Source of the DNA: Candidatus Saccharimonadota bacterium
GTDB taxonomy: Bacteria; Patescibacteriota; Saccharimonadia; CAILAD01; BJGX01
Reading direction: 5' to 3'
Assembly: GCA_046350735.1 (NCBI GenBank)
Contig: JAXLZU010000002.1
Span: 16,219 to 80,218 of the forward strand
DNA length: 64,000 nucleotides
In this document: one piece after another, positions 48,521 through 57,617 of the stretch
How positions within the stretch are numbered: position 1 is the first letter of the stretch
Layout of the letters: each line of letters starts with the position of its first letter
Translations under genes and position numbers: made by a program
Notes under the pieces: generated by a model
Told to the model about the DNA's origin: nothing
Databases searched by the model: none
Seen by the model: the letters and a program-made list of their open reading frames with translations, nothing else

Positions 48521-50074
48521 ATGAAAAATTCGAAGAAACCAGATTTCGTGTACGATCCGGTCGAAGACAAAGGAAAAGAAGTGCCCCTAAAGAGCGTAGA
48601 GCCAGCACATACTTCTCCCAATAACGACCCGGATTTTATTTTTGACCCCAAAGCGAACCCCAAAGAGAACATCCGGGCGCAAGAAAGAGCCCAATTACAA
48701 GACGGTGGAGAAGTTAGCAAGAACACTCACCAAGCAGACCAACCCCACCCACACTCTAAAGATATGGCAGACGAATTTGATTTACCAAAAAAGAAAAAAC
48801 GACGCTGGCCGAAGATAGTGCTGGTATTAGTTATATTACTTGGTGCAGCACTTGGTTATCTGGGCTGGTATCTACTACATCACGCCGGCAAAGTTAGTAG
48901 CAATCTATTTGATTTTAGCTCTCAGTTAAAAGGTGAGTCTCGTGGTCGTGTAAACATACTCTTGCTGGGTATTGGTGACCCTGGCCATGATGGTGGTGCT
49001 CTCTCCGATACTAATATGGTAGTAAGTCTCGATACAACCCAAAAGCCAGCTAAGGTAGCCATCATAAGTTTGCCTCGCGATTTACAAGTTAGTATTCCTG
49101 GTCATGGAGAGGCCAAGATAAATCAAGCCAACTCAGATGGTGGTGTAGACCTTGCTAAAGAGACGGTATCGAATACTCTTGGCATACCAATAGATTATTA
49201 TGTGGTAGCCAATTTTACTGGGTTAAAACAGGCTGTTGATGCTGTTGGTGGAATAGATATTAAAAACGACACCTTGCTAAGCGACCCAGAGTATCCATGT
49301 GACAACAATCAGTATCGCAGCTGTGGCTATAAGTTAGCACCAGGTAATTATCACCTAGACGGTACAGCAGCACTTAAGTTTGCTCGTTGTAGAAAAGGTA
49401 CTTGTGGTGACGACTTTGGCCGCGCACAGCGACAACAACAGGTGCTAACAGCTATTCGCGAAAAAGCCTTAAGCGCCAATACACTAGCCAATCCATTAAA
49501 AGTAAATGATCTATTAAACGCAGCAAGCAATAACGTTAAGACCGATCTTAGCCTCAAAAATATTCAACGCTTGGCTGACCTAACCAAAGGACTACAAAAA
49601 GACCAGATTATGAGCATTGTCTTCTCTCTTAAGCCAAATGGCTTCTTAGTTACCGATAGAACAAGTAGTAATCTCTTACCAGCCGGCGGAAGCTTTGCCG
49701 ATATTCGTAAGTTTGTACAAAATATCTTTACTGTAGGGCCTATCTGGGTAGAAGAACCCAAAATTACTATCGAAAACGGCACAACCACAAGTGGTCTAGG
49801 GGGTAAGTTTAAGCTAAAACTCGAAAATGATGGTATGGCAATAACTATTACTAGTGTGGGCAACGCCAAAACAAAAGACTATACCACCAGCCAAATTATC
49901 GATTACACTGGGGGTAAGAAGCCAAATACTGCAGCATACTTATCGAAACTCTTAGGGGTTCCTGTTACCCAGCCAACAACACCTGTCAAAAATCCGGTAG
50001 TAGACTTTGAGGTTATACTTGGTAGTGACTATGCTGCAAGTGTTGCTCCACAAAATTCGTCTTCTACTAATTAA
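48521..50074 (+). CDS. LCP (LytR-CpsA-Psr) family protein with a LytR_C domain
   Basis: NILLLG, SDT, SLPRD, DFGRAQRQQQV, ENGT...GL. Confidence 0.93.
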   Translation: MKNSKKPDFVYDPVEDKGKEVPLKSVEPAHTSPNNDPDFIFDPKANPKENIRAQERAQLQDGGEVSKNTHQADQPHPHSKDMADEFDLPKKKKRRWPKIVLVLVILLGAALGYLGWYLLHHAGKVSSNLFDFSSQLKGESRGRVNILLLGIGDPGHDGGALSDTNMVVSLDTTQKPAKVAIISLPRDLQVSIPGHGEAKINQANSDGGVDLAKETVSNTLGIPIDYYVVANFTGLKQAVDAVGGIDIKNDTLLSDPEYPCDNNQYRSCGYKLAPGNYHLDGTAALKFARCRKGTCGDDFGRAQRQQQVLTAIREKALSANTLANPLKVNDLLNAASNNVKTDLSLKNIQRLADLTKGLQKDQIMSIVFSLKPNGFLVTDRTSSNLLPAGGSFADIRKFVQNIFTVGPIWVEEPKITIENGTTTSGLGGKFKLKLENDGMAITITSVGNAKTKDYTTSQIIDYTGGKKPNTAAYLSKLLGVPVTQPTTPVKNPVVDFEVILGSDYAASVAPQNSSSTN

Positions 50075-50101
50075 AATCCCCCTAGCTAATACTAGGAGGA
50101 A

Positions 50102-50434
50102 CTATTTTCTCGTTAGTGCCGAGTAGGGTGATTTTCTCTGATGCGAATTATAAAAAAGTGCATCAATAATCTTATCTAGATCTCGCATAGGTATGGTTAT
50201 TGAATTCGCATGCATCACTTGCCTACAATCATCATCCTTACAACGATGCTCTTCACAGGTTTTATGCGATACTGCATTAAGTACAAAGATAGTCTCACCA
50301 TCTTCTTCTATTACGGTCAGAACCAACTCGCCAAACTCACCTGCCCTCAACTGATCAAGATACATCGGAAACAACCTGGCCAGCGCAAGAGCTTTTTGGT
50401 CGAAATCTTCACTTATATCAGAAACACTGCTCAT
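50102..50434 (-). CDS. Hypothetical accessory protein (GYACCY cassette)
   Basis: GCACCT-t-GGAGG leader; His/Cys cluster. Confidence 0.7.
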   Translation of the reverse strand: MSSVSDISEDFDQKALALARLFPMYLDQLRAGEFGELVLTVIEEDGETIFVLNAVSHKTCEEHRCKDDDCRQVMHANSITIPMRDLDKIIDALFYNSHQRKSPYSALTRK

Positions 50435-50515
50435 TTATCCTCCAAGGTGCGATCATTCGGATAATTATAATACCATTTTTACAAAAAATATTCAATAAAA
50501 AAGCCCTAGAATTAA

Positions 50516-50677
50516 CTAGAGCCAAGGGTCGTCATCGCCAACATTCCAGCTACTCCAGCCAAAATGTTTCGTAGTATTTTTCTTTGGTGTAGTCTGGCTC
50601 TTCTTCTTTTTTATCATCCAAGTGCCAAAGATTACAAAGGCTGTTCCTAACCCAAAATAGAGCTTTTTGCTCTTCAT
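50516..50677 (-). CDS. 53-aa membrane microprotein (not in ORF track)
   Basis: MKSKKLYFGLGTAFVIFGTWMIKKKK...DDDPWL; ATGA-coupled to the upstream ORF. Confidence 0.55.
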   Translation of the reverse strand: MKSKKLYFGLGTAFVIFGTWMIKKKKSQTTPKKNTTKHFGWSSWNVGDDDPWL

Positions 50678-50793
50678 CTTTGCTTATTCTGTCTTTGAAT
50701 GGCTCGCGTATCTGCCTGTGGCGCTCGAGCAACAACAAAAACAACAGCAGCAACAAAAGAAACAAGCATAGCTACAAAGATTCTCTTCTTCAT
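50674..50793 (-). CDS. 39-aa membrane microprotein (not in ORF track; GYACCY cassette)
   Basis: GTACCT...AAAGGGTG-aaat-ATG; MKKRIFVAMLVSFVAAVVFVVARAPQ... Confidence 0.6.
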   Translation of the reverse strand: MKKRIFVAMLVSFVAAVVFVVARAPQADTRAIQRQNKQR

Positions 50794-50865
50794 ATTTCAC
50801 CCTTTCGCCATGGCTTGTAGGTACTCGCAATAGAATACCAAAAAAACAGATTGTTTACAATAAAG

Positions 50866-51195
50866 TTACTCGTTTGTGTCTATTAAGAAAATTCGATGGA
50901 AGAACCCACCACGCTCCTGAAGCTTCTTCTCCTTAACTTCTTCTACCTGATCCATATCGCCATCTTCAAACAGAGCTAATGCAGCGAGTACTTCACGAAT
51001 ATCTGCTCGTTCTTCACACCGGGCCTCGGGTGTCTCAGCTTCTAAATATTCAGCAACTTCTTCTTGTAGCTTCTTGCGTAATTCCTGATAGTATTCATCA
51101 TCATCCAGTTTGCGAGTCTGGCTAGCAATTCCCCTTGCTGCCAAATAGTCCGGAATCTTATCTCTTACTAATTTATTCCAAGACTTACGAGCCAT
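50866..51195 (-). CDS. MazG-like nucleoside triphosphate pyrophosphohydrolase (GYACCY cassette)
   Basis: NKLVRDKIP, KL.EE..EYL, EE.AD..EVL, K..ERGGF. Confidence 0.88.
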   Translation of the reverse strand: MARKSWNKLVRDKIPDYLAARGIASQTRKLDDDEYYQELRKKLQEEVAEYLEAETPEARCEERADIREVLAALALFEDGDMDQVEEVKEKKLQERGGFFHRIFLIDTNE

Positions 51196-51252
51196 AACAA
51201 ACTCCTTCGTTTTGAGGTGCCTATTTCAGTCTGAACCCAAATTTATCTGCTT

Positions 51253-51993
51253 TCAAGCATTGCCTTTTAAATACGCCTGTCGCTTGGCTTCTGGAAACTT
51301 TTCTATAGCATAACGCAACATGGTACGAGGCATAGTTTTGTAGTGCTTTTTTAAAAACAATTCTTCAACTTCTATACCTACACTATTACCTACCTCTCGT
51401 AACATCCAACCAACAGCTTTTTGTATTAAATCGTGCTCATCGTGTAAAAGCAGCTCTGCGATAGAAAAGGTTTCGTTAATATCCCCCATCTTTATAAAAT
51501 AAAATGTCGACATTATAGCAATGCGACGCTCCCAAATAGATTTTGATTTTGCTAACTTGGTGAGTATATGTATTGTTTGTTTGGATGGCGATTGCTTCTG
51601 TGCAAAGTTATTCCACAAATACACACTGACTATATATGGTGCCGAGCTATCTACAATATCCCAATTATTTATATAGATTGTATTAGCCAAGTAGAAATCA
51701 TAAATTTGCTTCTGTTTCTTTGTATCGGCAGTTTTAAATTGTTCTACCAATATTATTACTGCTGTTAGGCGATGCTCATGCACCTTGCTCTTAAGTAGAT
51801 TCTTTATTTCTCTTAAGGGCAGGTCTTTATATAGCTTGGCAACTTTTCGCTGTTGGGGTACTGTTACGCCTATAAAAATATCGCCTTCGCCATACTGGCC
51901 TTTTCCTGTTTTAAAAAACCAAGCAGAGTTATTAGCGCGCTCTACATCTGCAAGTTTGTCTAGATCGTTTATTACCGACTTTGCGGTACTCAT
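51253..51993 (-). CDS. DNA alkylation repair protein (AlkD-like)
   Basis: FFKTGKGQYGEGD.F.G, NNWDIVD, IQKAVGWMLRE, MPRTMLRYAIE. Confidence 0.93.
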   Translation of the reverse strand: MSTAKSVINDLDKLADVERANNSAWFFKTGKGQYGEGDIFIGVTVPQQRKVAKLYKDLPLREIKNLLKSKVHEHRLTAVIILVEQFKTADTKKQKQIYDFYLANTIYINNWDIVDSSAPYIVSVYLWNNFAQKQSPSKQTIHILTKLAKSKSIWERRIAIMSTFYFIKMGDINETFSIAELLLHDEHDLIQKAVGWMLREVGNSVGIEVEELFLKKHYKTMPRTMLRYAIEKFPEAKRQAYLKGNA

Positions 51994-52082
51994 AAATACT
52001 TTGTATACCTTTCTTTAGTTATTAGGCCGGATTAACTCTACAGACACTAACTTACTATCTGTTATTAGTAACTTACCTATAG

Positions 52083-52316
52083 TTATTTTGTACCCCACTC
52101 AATCCTACTCCATATTCTCTCATGCACATAGTAAATAATTGTTCCGCTTATAGCTGTTATTCCAGTAATAGTTGTGGCATCGGCCAAACGACGAGTTGTT
52201 AAGAAACTAATTGTAAAGATAGAGATAATAATAACAATACGATACGTAATTGCTTTGGTAATCGATCGGGTATACGTTTCTTGTGCACTACGCCTTAATA
52301 ACTGTGATGTTTTCAT
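52083..52316 (-). CDS. DUF2061 small membrane protein
   Basis: RSI.KAITYR, YYVHERIW..I.WG. Confidence 0.85.
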   Translation of the reverse strand: MKTSQLLRRSAQETYTRSITKAITYRIVIIISIFTISFLTTRRLADATTITGITAISGTIIYYVHERIWSRIEWGTK

Positions 52317-52954
52317 TTAATAATAAACTGAATCGCTTTTATTAACTCAAAAATCCCGATAATGCCGAAAATAGCTGCAATAATGTAACGGCTGTTTTTG
52401 TTAACCGAATTTTTTATAGCGTTAATTCTTTTTGGTGAATGGATAAGTGCTAATAAAATTGGTGGCACAATAGCAGGAATAAGAGAGAAAAGTACCATTA
52501 CAATAAGTAGTTCTATTTTTACAAAAGTAGAATAATAACTGGCAACATGAGCTGCTGGAACATACATAATAATTGTTGAGGTATTTAGTATCATAAAACC
52601 AAAACCTACACTAAATGCACCGCCCTCGCTAATTACTCGTTTTGTATGATGTTTTTTGGGTTTGGCAACAAAAAACTGATACAGTGCAAAACCGATGAGA
52701 AAAACCCCAAGTAGTAAATCGATACGTGCATCTGTAAGTGTATATGTGCTGCCAGGCGAAACTCTTGATAACAAGAAAAAGATAATAAAACCGATAATAG
52801 TAATGGCTGTTGCGGCACCAAGTGTAAATAGCGCCGACTTCACATTAGCAGCTTTTTTTTGGCTTGCCACTAGAGTGGCTATGGTAAAAATTAACGGGCT
52901 TACTGCCGAAGCAAGTGCAAAAGGTAAAATATCTATAATGAGACCAACATGCAT
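52313..52954 (-). CDS. GAP/SfLAP-like membrane protein
   Basis: ALA.AVSP N-terminal motif; about six TM helices. Confidence 0.65.
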   Translation of the reverse strand: MHVGLIIDILPFALASAVSPLIFTIATLVASQKKAANVKSALFTLGAATAITIIGFIIFFLLSRVSPGSTYTLTDARIDLLLGVFLIGFALYQFFVAKPKKHHTKRVISEGGAFSVGFGFMILNTSTIIMYVPAAHVASYYSTFVKIELLIVMVLFSLIPAIVPPILLALIHSPKRINAIKNSVNKNSRYIIAAIFGIIGIFELIKAIQFIIK

Positions 52955-52966
52955 ATGGTTATTGTA

Positions 52967-53413
52967 CTATTTTTTGTTACCAAGTGCTTGTGCTAGGACA
53001 TTTTTAAGTGTTTGTCTATCTTTTGGCCACCAAATCTTATCTATAAATTTATCTAGTTGTAGCCATAAATAATCAGTACTCTCTTCATTCAACCGAATAG
53101 CCTGGTTATAAGTAGTAACCAAAAGAAATGCTTGTTCTTGAATTTCTGTATGAGTATCTTTGTTTGAAATATACGAATGTATTATTGGTAACTTAATAAG
53201 GGTGATGTGCGAATTGATACCTGTCTCTTCTTGCACCTCTCTAATTGCTGCTGTTTCGAGTGGCTCACCAGACTCTACGTTGCCTGTCACTACATACCAC
53301 CTATCTCCTCCATGTCCTAAATGCGGGGCATTTCGTCGTGTCAGCCAATCATAATGGCTTCCGTGTGGTCGAGCAATAAAGACCATTACTTTTTGCTTAG
53401 TATTCATACACAT
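52967..53413 (-). CDS. NUDIX hydrolase
   Basis: G.VESGE....AAIREVQEETGI Nudix box. Confidence 0.92.
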   Translation of the reverse strand: MCMNTKQKVMVFIARPHGSHYDWLTRRNAPHLGHGGDRWYVVTGNVESGEPLETAAIREVQEETGINSHITLIKLPIIHSYISNKDTHTEIQEQAFLLVTTYNQAIRLNEESTDYLWLQLDKFIDKIWWPKDRQTLKNVLAQALGNKK

Positions 53414-53464
53414 ATTATACGCTTAAGAAAAACGACCATCCATTATCGGATGGTCGTAATAAAT

Positions 53465-53626
53465 TTACTGCTTCTTGTTGTAAATTTCAGCAATTCGACT
53501 ATCAATCTCACGTATTTCCTTTGCCAGTTCGATCTTTCGTCGCTCGAGAAAGTGAAGGCGCAACGTGCCATCAAAATCAGGATCGACGTCGTTCTTTTCT
53601 GGCTGATCTATATTGGTTATCGTCAC
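53465..53626 (-). CDS. Small coiled-coil accessory protein (GYACCY cassette)
   Basis: AAGGAGGTG SD then GTG; terminator near 53428-53457. Confidence 0.55.
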   Translation of the reverse strand: MTITNIDQPEKNDVDPDFDGTLRLHFLERRKIELAKEIREIDSRIAEIYNKKQ

Positions 53627-53767
53627 TGCATTCACCTCCTTGGCGAGTAGTAAGGTGTGACGAGAAGGTACGCCCCTCTTGCTCTGTACGACAGGCATAC
53701 TGTGCAAAGTGGCTGCTACTGCGAGATGAAGAGATTGTACGCTAATCTGTAGAATAATGCAAGTACC

Positions 53768-54001
53768 TTATCGCAGGGGTGGTAGAGTTGCAGTAGCTGT
53801 AAGATACTTTTGGCGAAACTCGACAAACTTTTTCTGTTCTTTATGTGCTATGGCTTGCAAAGAAAGAGCTCTTGGACTATTTTTACCCGACTTCTTTATC
53901 TCTTCGTGATAAGCCTCAAAAGCTTCCCAAAATGATACAAACGCAGCTTGCATCTGGGCACCTACATACAAAACATCTATTGGTCGCAGAGATTCAGGCA
54001 T
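53768..54001 (-). CDS. Small helical accessory protein (GYACCY cassette)
   Basis: TATACT, GTACCT-cagaacg-AAGGAG-taaac-ATG. Confidence 0.65.
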   Translation of the reverse strand: MPESLRPIDVLYVGAQMQAAFVSFWEAFEAYHEEIKKSGKNSPRALSLQAIAHKEQKKFVEFRQKYLTATATLPPLR

Positions 54002-54102
54002 GTTTACTCCTTCGTTCTGAGGTACTAGCATTAGTATACTAACTAACCTGCTACTTGCAAGCAATTGTTCGGCTAATGTTTGTAAGATGATATACTAAAG
54101 GT

Positions 54103-55281
54103 ATGCGTACTCAACCACTAGCAGACAGACTGCGGCCACAAAAACTAGGTGATGTAATTGGGCAAAAACATCTTATTGGCCAAAACCAATTTTTGCGAAC
54201 AGTTATAGAGAAGGGTCAGCCTGTGAGTATGGTATTGTGGGGCCCACCCGGAAGTGGCAAAACCACATTGGCTCGTATAATTGGAAGTAGTGCAAATTTT
54301 GAATTCAAAGAAATTTCGGCAGTTACTTCTGGACTTGCTGACGTAAAAAAAGTTATAGAAGAAGCTAAGAATAATCTCAAAGCTGGTCGACAAACCATAC
54401 TGTTTGTCGATGAAATTCATCGCTTTAATAAGGCCCAACAAGACGCATTTTTGCCCCATGTAGAAGCTGGTACTATTATTCTTATAGGCGCGACTACCGA
54501 GAATCCAAGCTTCGAAGTTATTGGTCCGCTTCTTTCTCGCTCGCGTGTGGTAGTACTCGAACCACTTAGTGCTGCAGACATTACAGAGATAATTTTGCGA
54601 GCACAAAAAGAACTCAAACTTTCTAAATTAGAGCCCGCTGCAGTTGAGCTATTAGCTGAGCTGTCTGGCGGCGATGCCAGAGTAGCACTTGGCGGGCTAG
54701 AAGCTGCAGCAGCAATTTCTCATAAAACTATTACTACCAACGATATTAAACAGGCAATGCAAAAGGTCGGGGCTAAGTATGATAAAGGTGGTGAGTATCA
54801 TTACAATCTTATTTCTGCCTACATAAAATCGATGCGTGGCAGTGATGTTAACGCTACACTGTATTATCTGGCACGTATGATTAATGGTGGTGAAGACCCT
54901 AAATTTATTGCTCGCCGCAATATTATTTTTGCATCTGAAGATATTGGGCTAGCTGCACCGGCTGCACTCAACCTGGCAGTGTCGACTTTTTTAGCAGTAG
55001 AGCGCATTGGTTTGCCCGAGTGTAGTTACAACTTATTTGCATGCGCGACTGTATTGGCAAAAAGTAAAAAATCTCGATCAGTCGCAGATGCAATGAATAA
55101 CGCATTCTCTATTGCTAAAAAATATCCAGATGCAGCTGTACCTCTACATCTACGTAATGCTCCAACCAAGCTTATGAAAGATCTTGGTTATGGCAAAGAT
55201 ACAAAATGGCAATCTGGCTTTAAACATCCCAAAGGCTTTTTGCCCGATGAGTTGCAAAATATCAAAATCTTTGAGGACTAA
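54103..55281 (+). CDS. rarA: Replication-associated recombination protein RarA/MgsA
   Basis: [40 protein letters not shown]. Confidence 0.97.
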   Translation: MRTQPLADRLRPQKLGDVIGQKHLIGQNQFLRTVIEKGQPVSMVLWGPPGSGKTTLARIIGSSANFEFKEISAVTSGLADVKKVIEEAKNNLKAGRQTILFVDEIHRFNKAQQDAFLPHVEAGTIILIGATTENPSFEVIGPLLSRSRVVVLEPLSAADITEIILRAQKELKLSKLEPAAVELLAELSGGDARVALGGLEAAAAISHKTITTNDIKQAMQKVGAKYDKGGEYHYNLISAYIKSMRGSDVNATLYYLARMINGGEDPKFIARRNIIFASEDIGLAAPAALNLAVSTFLAVERIGLPECSYNLFACATVLAKSKKSRSVADAMNNAFSIAKKYPDAAVPLHLRNAPTKLMKDLGYGKDTKWQSGFKHPKGFLPDELQNIKIFED

Positions 55282-56300
55282 ATAAACTTCTTCTTTATTC
55301 CGTAACGAAATGCTAAATAGCCTGGTAGCGTAGGAATCCAAAAAGTAATGGTACGAAATATCATTACACCTGCTGTGGCCGAGGCCGAATCTACACCTAC
55401 TAGCATTAAGCCGCCAATGAGTGCTGCTTCTACGGTACCGATTCCTCCTGGTGCCGGTCCGCATGCACCAATTGAATTAAATATTAGATATACAAATACT
55501 GACTGCCAAAACGGAATATGCACACCTACTGCTACTAAGCAAAGGTAGAAAACTACGTTAGTGCAGGTGTAACTCAGCAACATTAGCCCGAGTGATGCAG
55601 CACTTTTTGCTGGAGTCTTGAGAATTATCCTAAATGAATGGAGTATTTCTGCAACTTTTTCTTTTATTTTTTGCAGCCAGCCAAATGCTCTCACAATTAC
55701 ATAAACTGCCAAGATAAGTATTGCTATTAAGAAGAAAAGCTTCCAGCCAGGTGTAAAGCTTGGTTGAATACCAACCGATTCGAGACCACCCCCAAAGATT
55801 ACTACCGGAATAAAATACAATAACCAAGCCGTAAAATAGACTAGTTCTACAGCACCCACATACCCCAGTCCAGCTTCTAAGCTATAACCAGCCACAACTG
55901 CGTATCTGTACATCAACCCAGGGCCACCCAGACCTGCAGGAAATATTTTGTAAGTGAAGGCCATAGCAAGCTGAATAAGACCAGTTTGCTTAAACGGCAT
56001 AGGCTTGGTTGCAAGTACTGTCATGGCAACACCAGTAAAAACAAAGGTAAAACAAAAAATACACGCGGCTAATAAAAGAATTGCATCGTTAGCACTCTGA
56101 ACAATAGTTACAATTTGCTGCCAGTTTTCTACCAGTGGCCACAGCAATACCAGTAAGAAGCCAAACAATAACGTCATTCCGGCCCTATATAACCAGGGAT
56201 GCTTGTGTCCTTTTTGCTTTTGTTCTTGCTTTTTCTTATCGAAGTAAGAAAGCTCTTGGCTAGTGTCGACAGTTTCTTGGTTGGAGACCATTAAAGACAT
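55278..56300 (-). CDS. Lysylphosphatidylglycerol-synthase TM / flippase-like domain protein
   Basis: P.PGGIG.VEAAL, FR.ITFWIP; multiple TM helices. Confidence 0.85.
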   Translation of the reverse strand: MSLMVSNQETVDTSQELSYFDKKKQEQKQKGHKHPWLYRAGMTLLFGFLLVLLWPLVENWQQIVTIVQSANDAILLLAACIFCFTFVFTGVAMTVLATKPMPFKQTGLIQLAMAFTYKIFPAGLGGPGLMYRYAVVAGYSLEAGLGYVGAVELVYFTAWLLYFIPVVIFGGGLESVGIQPSFTPGWKLFFLIAILILAVYVIVRAFGWLQKIKEKVAEILHSFRIILKTPAKSAASLGLMLLSYTCTNVVFYLCLVAVGVHIPFWQSVFVYLIFNSIGACGPAPGGIGTVEAALIGGLMLVGVDSASATAGVMIFRTITFWIPTLPGYLAFRYGIKKKFI

Positions 56301-56357
56301 GCTAATATTGTAACACTTTTACTGAAGTGCTAGTCTTCGAACGAGGGTTAATTAGAT

Positions 56358-56894
56358 CTAAAACCCAAAGTTGTTAAACTGACTAACGTAGCTACTGACG
56401 CTAGAAATAAAGTTCTTGGCATTTGTAAGAAAGTCGGCCGATACAACAGTGGTCGTGCTAGTACCGTCTGAAAAATTGACCGTCATTTTACGAGTTGGGC
56501 CACCAATTAGGGTTTTGTTTTGAGCATTATTGTTGTAAGTCATTTTTGTACCAACGTTTGATGAGTAGTAAAGATTAACCAACTTATAAAAATCAGCAGA
56601 AGTTAGCGAACAATTACTGTTAATAGTTGTACTGGAAGTAACTACCGAATAAGTACAGCTATCGGCTGTTAAAGTAAGCGTCTTGGTACTTTGATAAGGC
56701 GGTGCAACTGGTCCAGTATAGCTAGTAAAAACAAATGATTTTATCGAAGTATAATAATTTTGCTTTTGCCAATACTTGTAAATTAAAAAGCCACCAACAA
56801 GCAATATTATAAAAACTAAGAAAAGAAATAGTGGCCACCAAGAACGATCTTTGGCCTTTTGATAGCTAGTGTTTGAGGATTTATTCGTTGCCAT
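56358..56894 (-). CDS. Ser/Thr-rich single-TM surface protein (paralog A)
   Basis: TM helix followed by IKSFV...Y.G...TLTLT..SC. Confidence 0.75.
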   Translation of the reverse strand: MATNKSSNTSYQKAKDRSWWPLFLFLVFIILLVGGFLIYKYWQKQNYYTSIKSFVFTSYTGPVAPPYQSTKTLTLTADSCTYSVVTSSTTINSNCSLTSADFYKLVNLYYSSNVGTKMTYNNNAQNKTLIGGPTRKMTVNFSDGTSTTTVVSADFLTNAKNFISSVSSYVSQFNNFGF

Positions 56895-56927
56895 TATTCT
56901 TATGCTAACACATCTCAGTAAGCTTTT

Positions 56928-57443
56928 CTACAGACCGCTATTAGCGGGTGCGTAGCTTTTTAACACCTGTACGAATGACTCGACATTTGCCTCGGCGGGT
57001 TCGCTAAAATAGATAGTATTTGAGGTGCCATCTTTATAATACACCCCTAGTAATAATAGTTGGCCTGTAGCAGGTGTGCCTATCTGAGAGGCAGTATTGG
57101 TTGGTAGCGAATTGGTAAAATATGCATTGGTGATAGTGTTCCATATCTGAGAGTTTATAGGACAGTCAATAGTTGTAGCATAATTGTCTTGCGAGGGAGT
57201 TTGAATAACAAGATTGCAACTATTTGGTGTAATAGTAAGGGTTTGACTCACTTGAGAGTCTTCGGCCTGACTGCCGTTATACTTGCTTAATACAAACGAC
57301 TTAATATCATTTGGCGAGTGGTGAGCTCGAATGTAACGAATAGAAAACCCAATGGCAGCCAATGCAATAACGGCTACAATAATTACCACCGTCACAAATA
57401 CCGGATCTTTATACTTTTTTCTCTGATTTTTCTGCTTTGTCAT
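56928..57443 (-). CDS. Single-TM surface protein (paralog B)
   Basis: TM helix followed by IKSFV..Y.G...TLTIT..SC; same upstream sequence as paralog A. Confidence 0.75.
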   Translation of the reverse strand: MTKQKNQRKKYKDPVFVTVVIIVAVIALAAIGFSIRYIRAHHSPNDIKSFVLSKYNGSQAEDSQVSQTLTITPNSCNLVIQTPSQDNYATTIDCPINSQIWNTITNAYFTNSLPTNTASQIGTPATGQLLLLGVYYKDGTSNTIYFSEPAEANVESFVQVLKSYAPANSGL

Positions 57444-57617
57444 TATTCTTATGCTAACACATCAGATATTTTTTACAATTTGTCTACCACTAAGTCAGCC
57501 CAAGATAGAATTCCTAAATTCTAGTAATAATTTTCTAGCTGTGTTGGTTAGTCTGTAGTACATACTAAATGCTTAATAAAAGCCACTCGAAACCGAGTGG
57601 CTGTATTGCCAAATACT

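Noticed and set aside
50550-50765. 71-aa poly-Leu ORF
   Set aside because: It is an off-frame reading of two coupled microproteins supported by an SD and an ATGA overlap.
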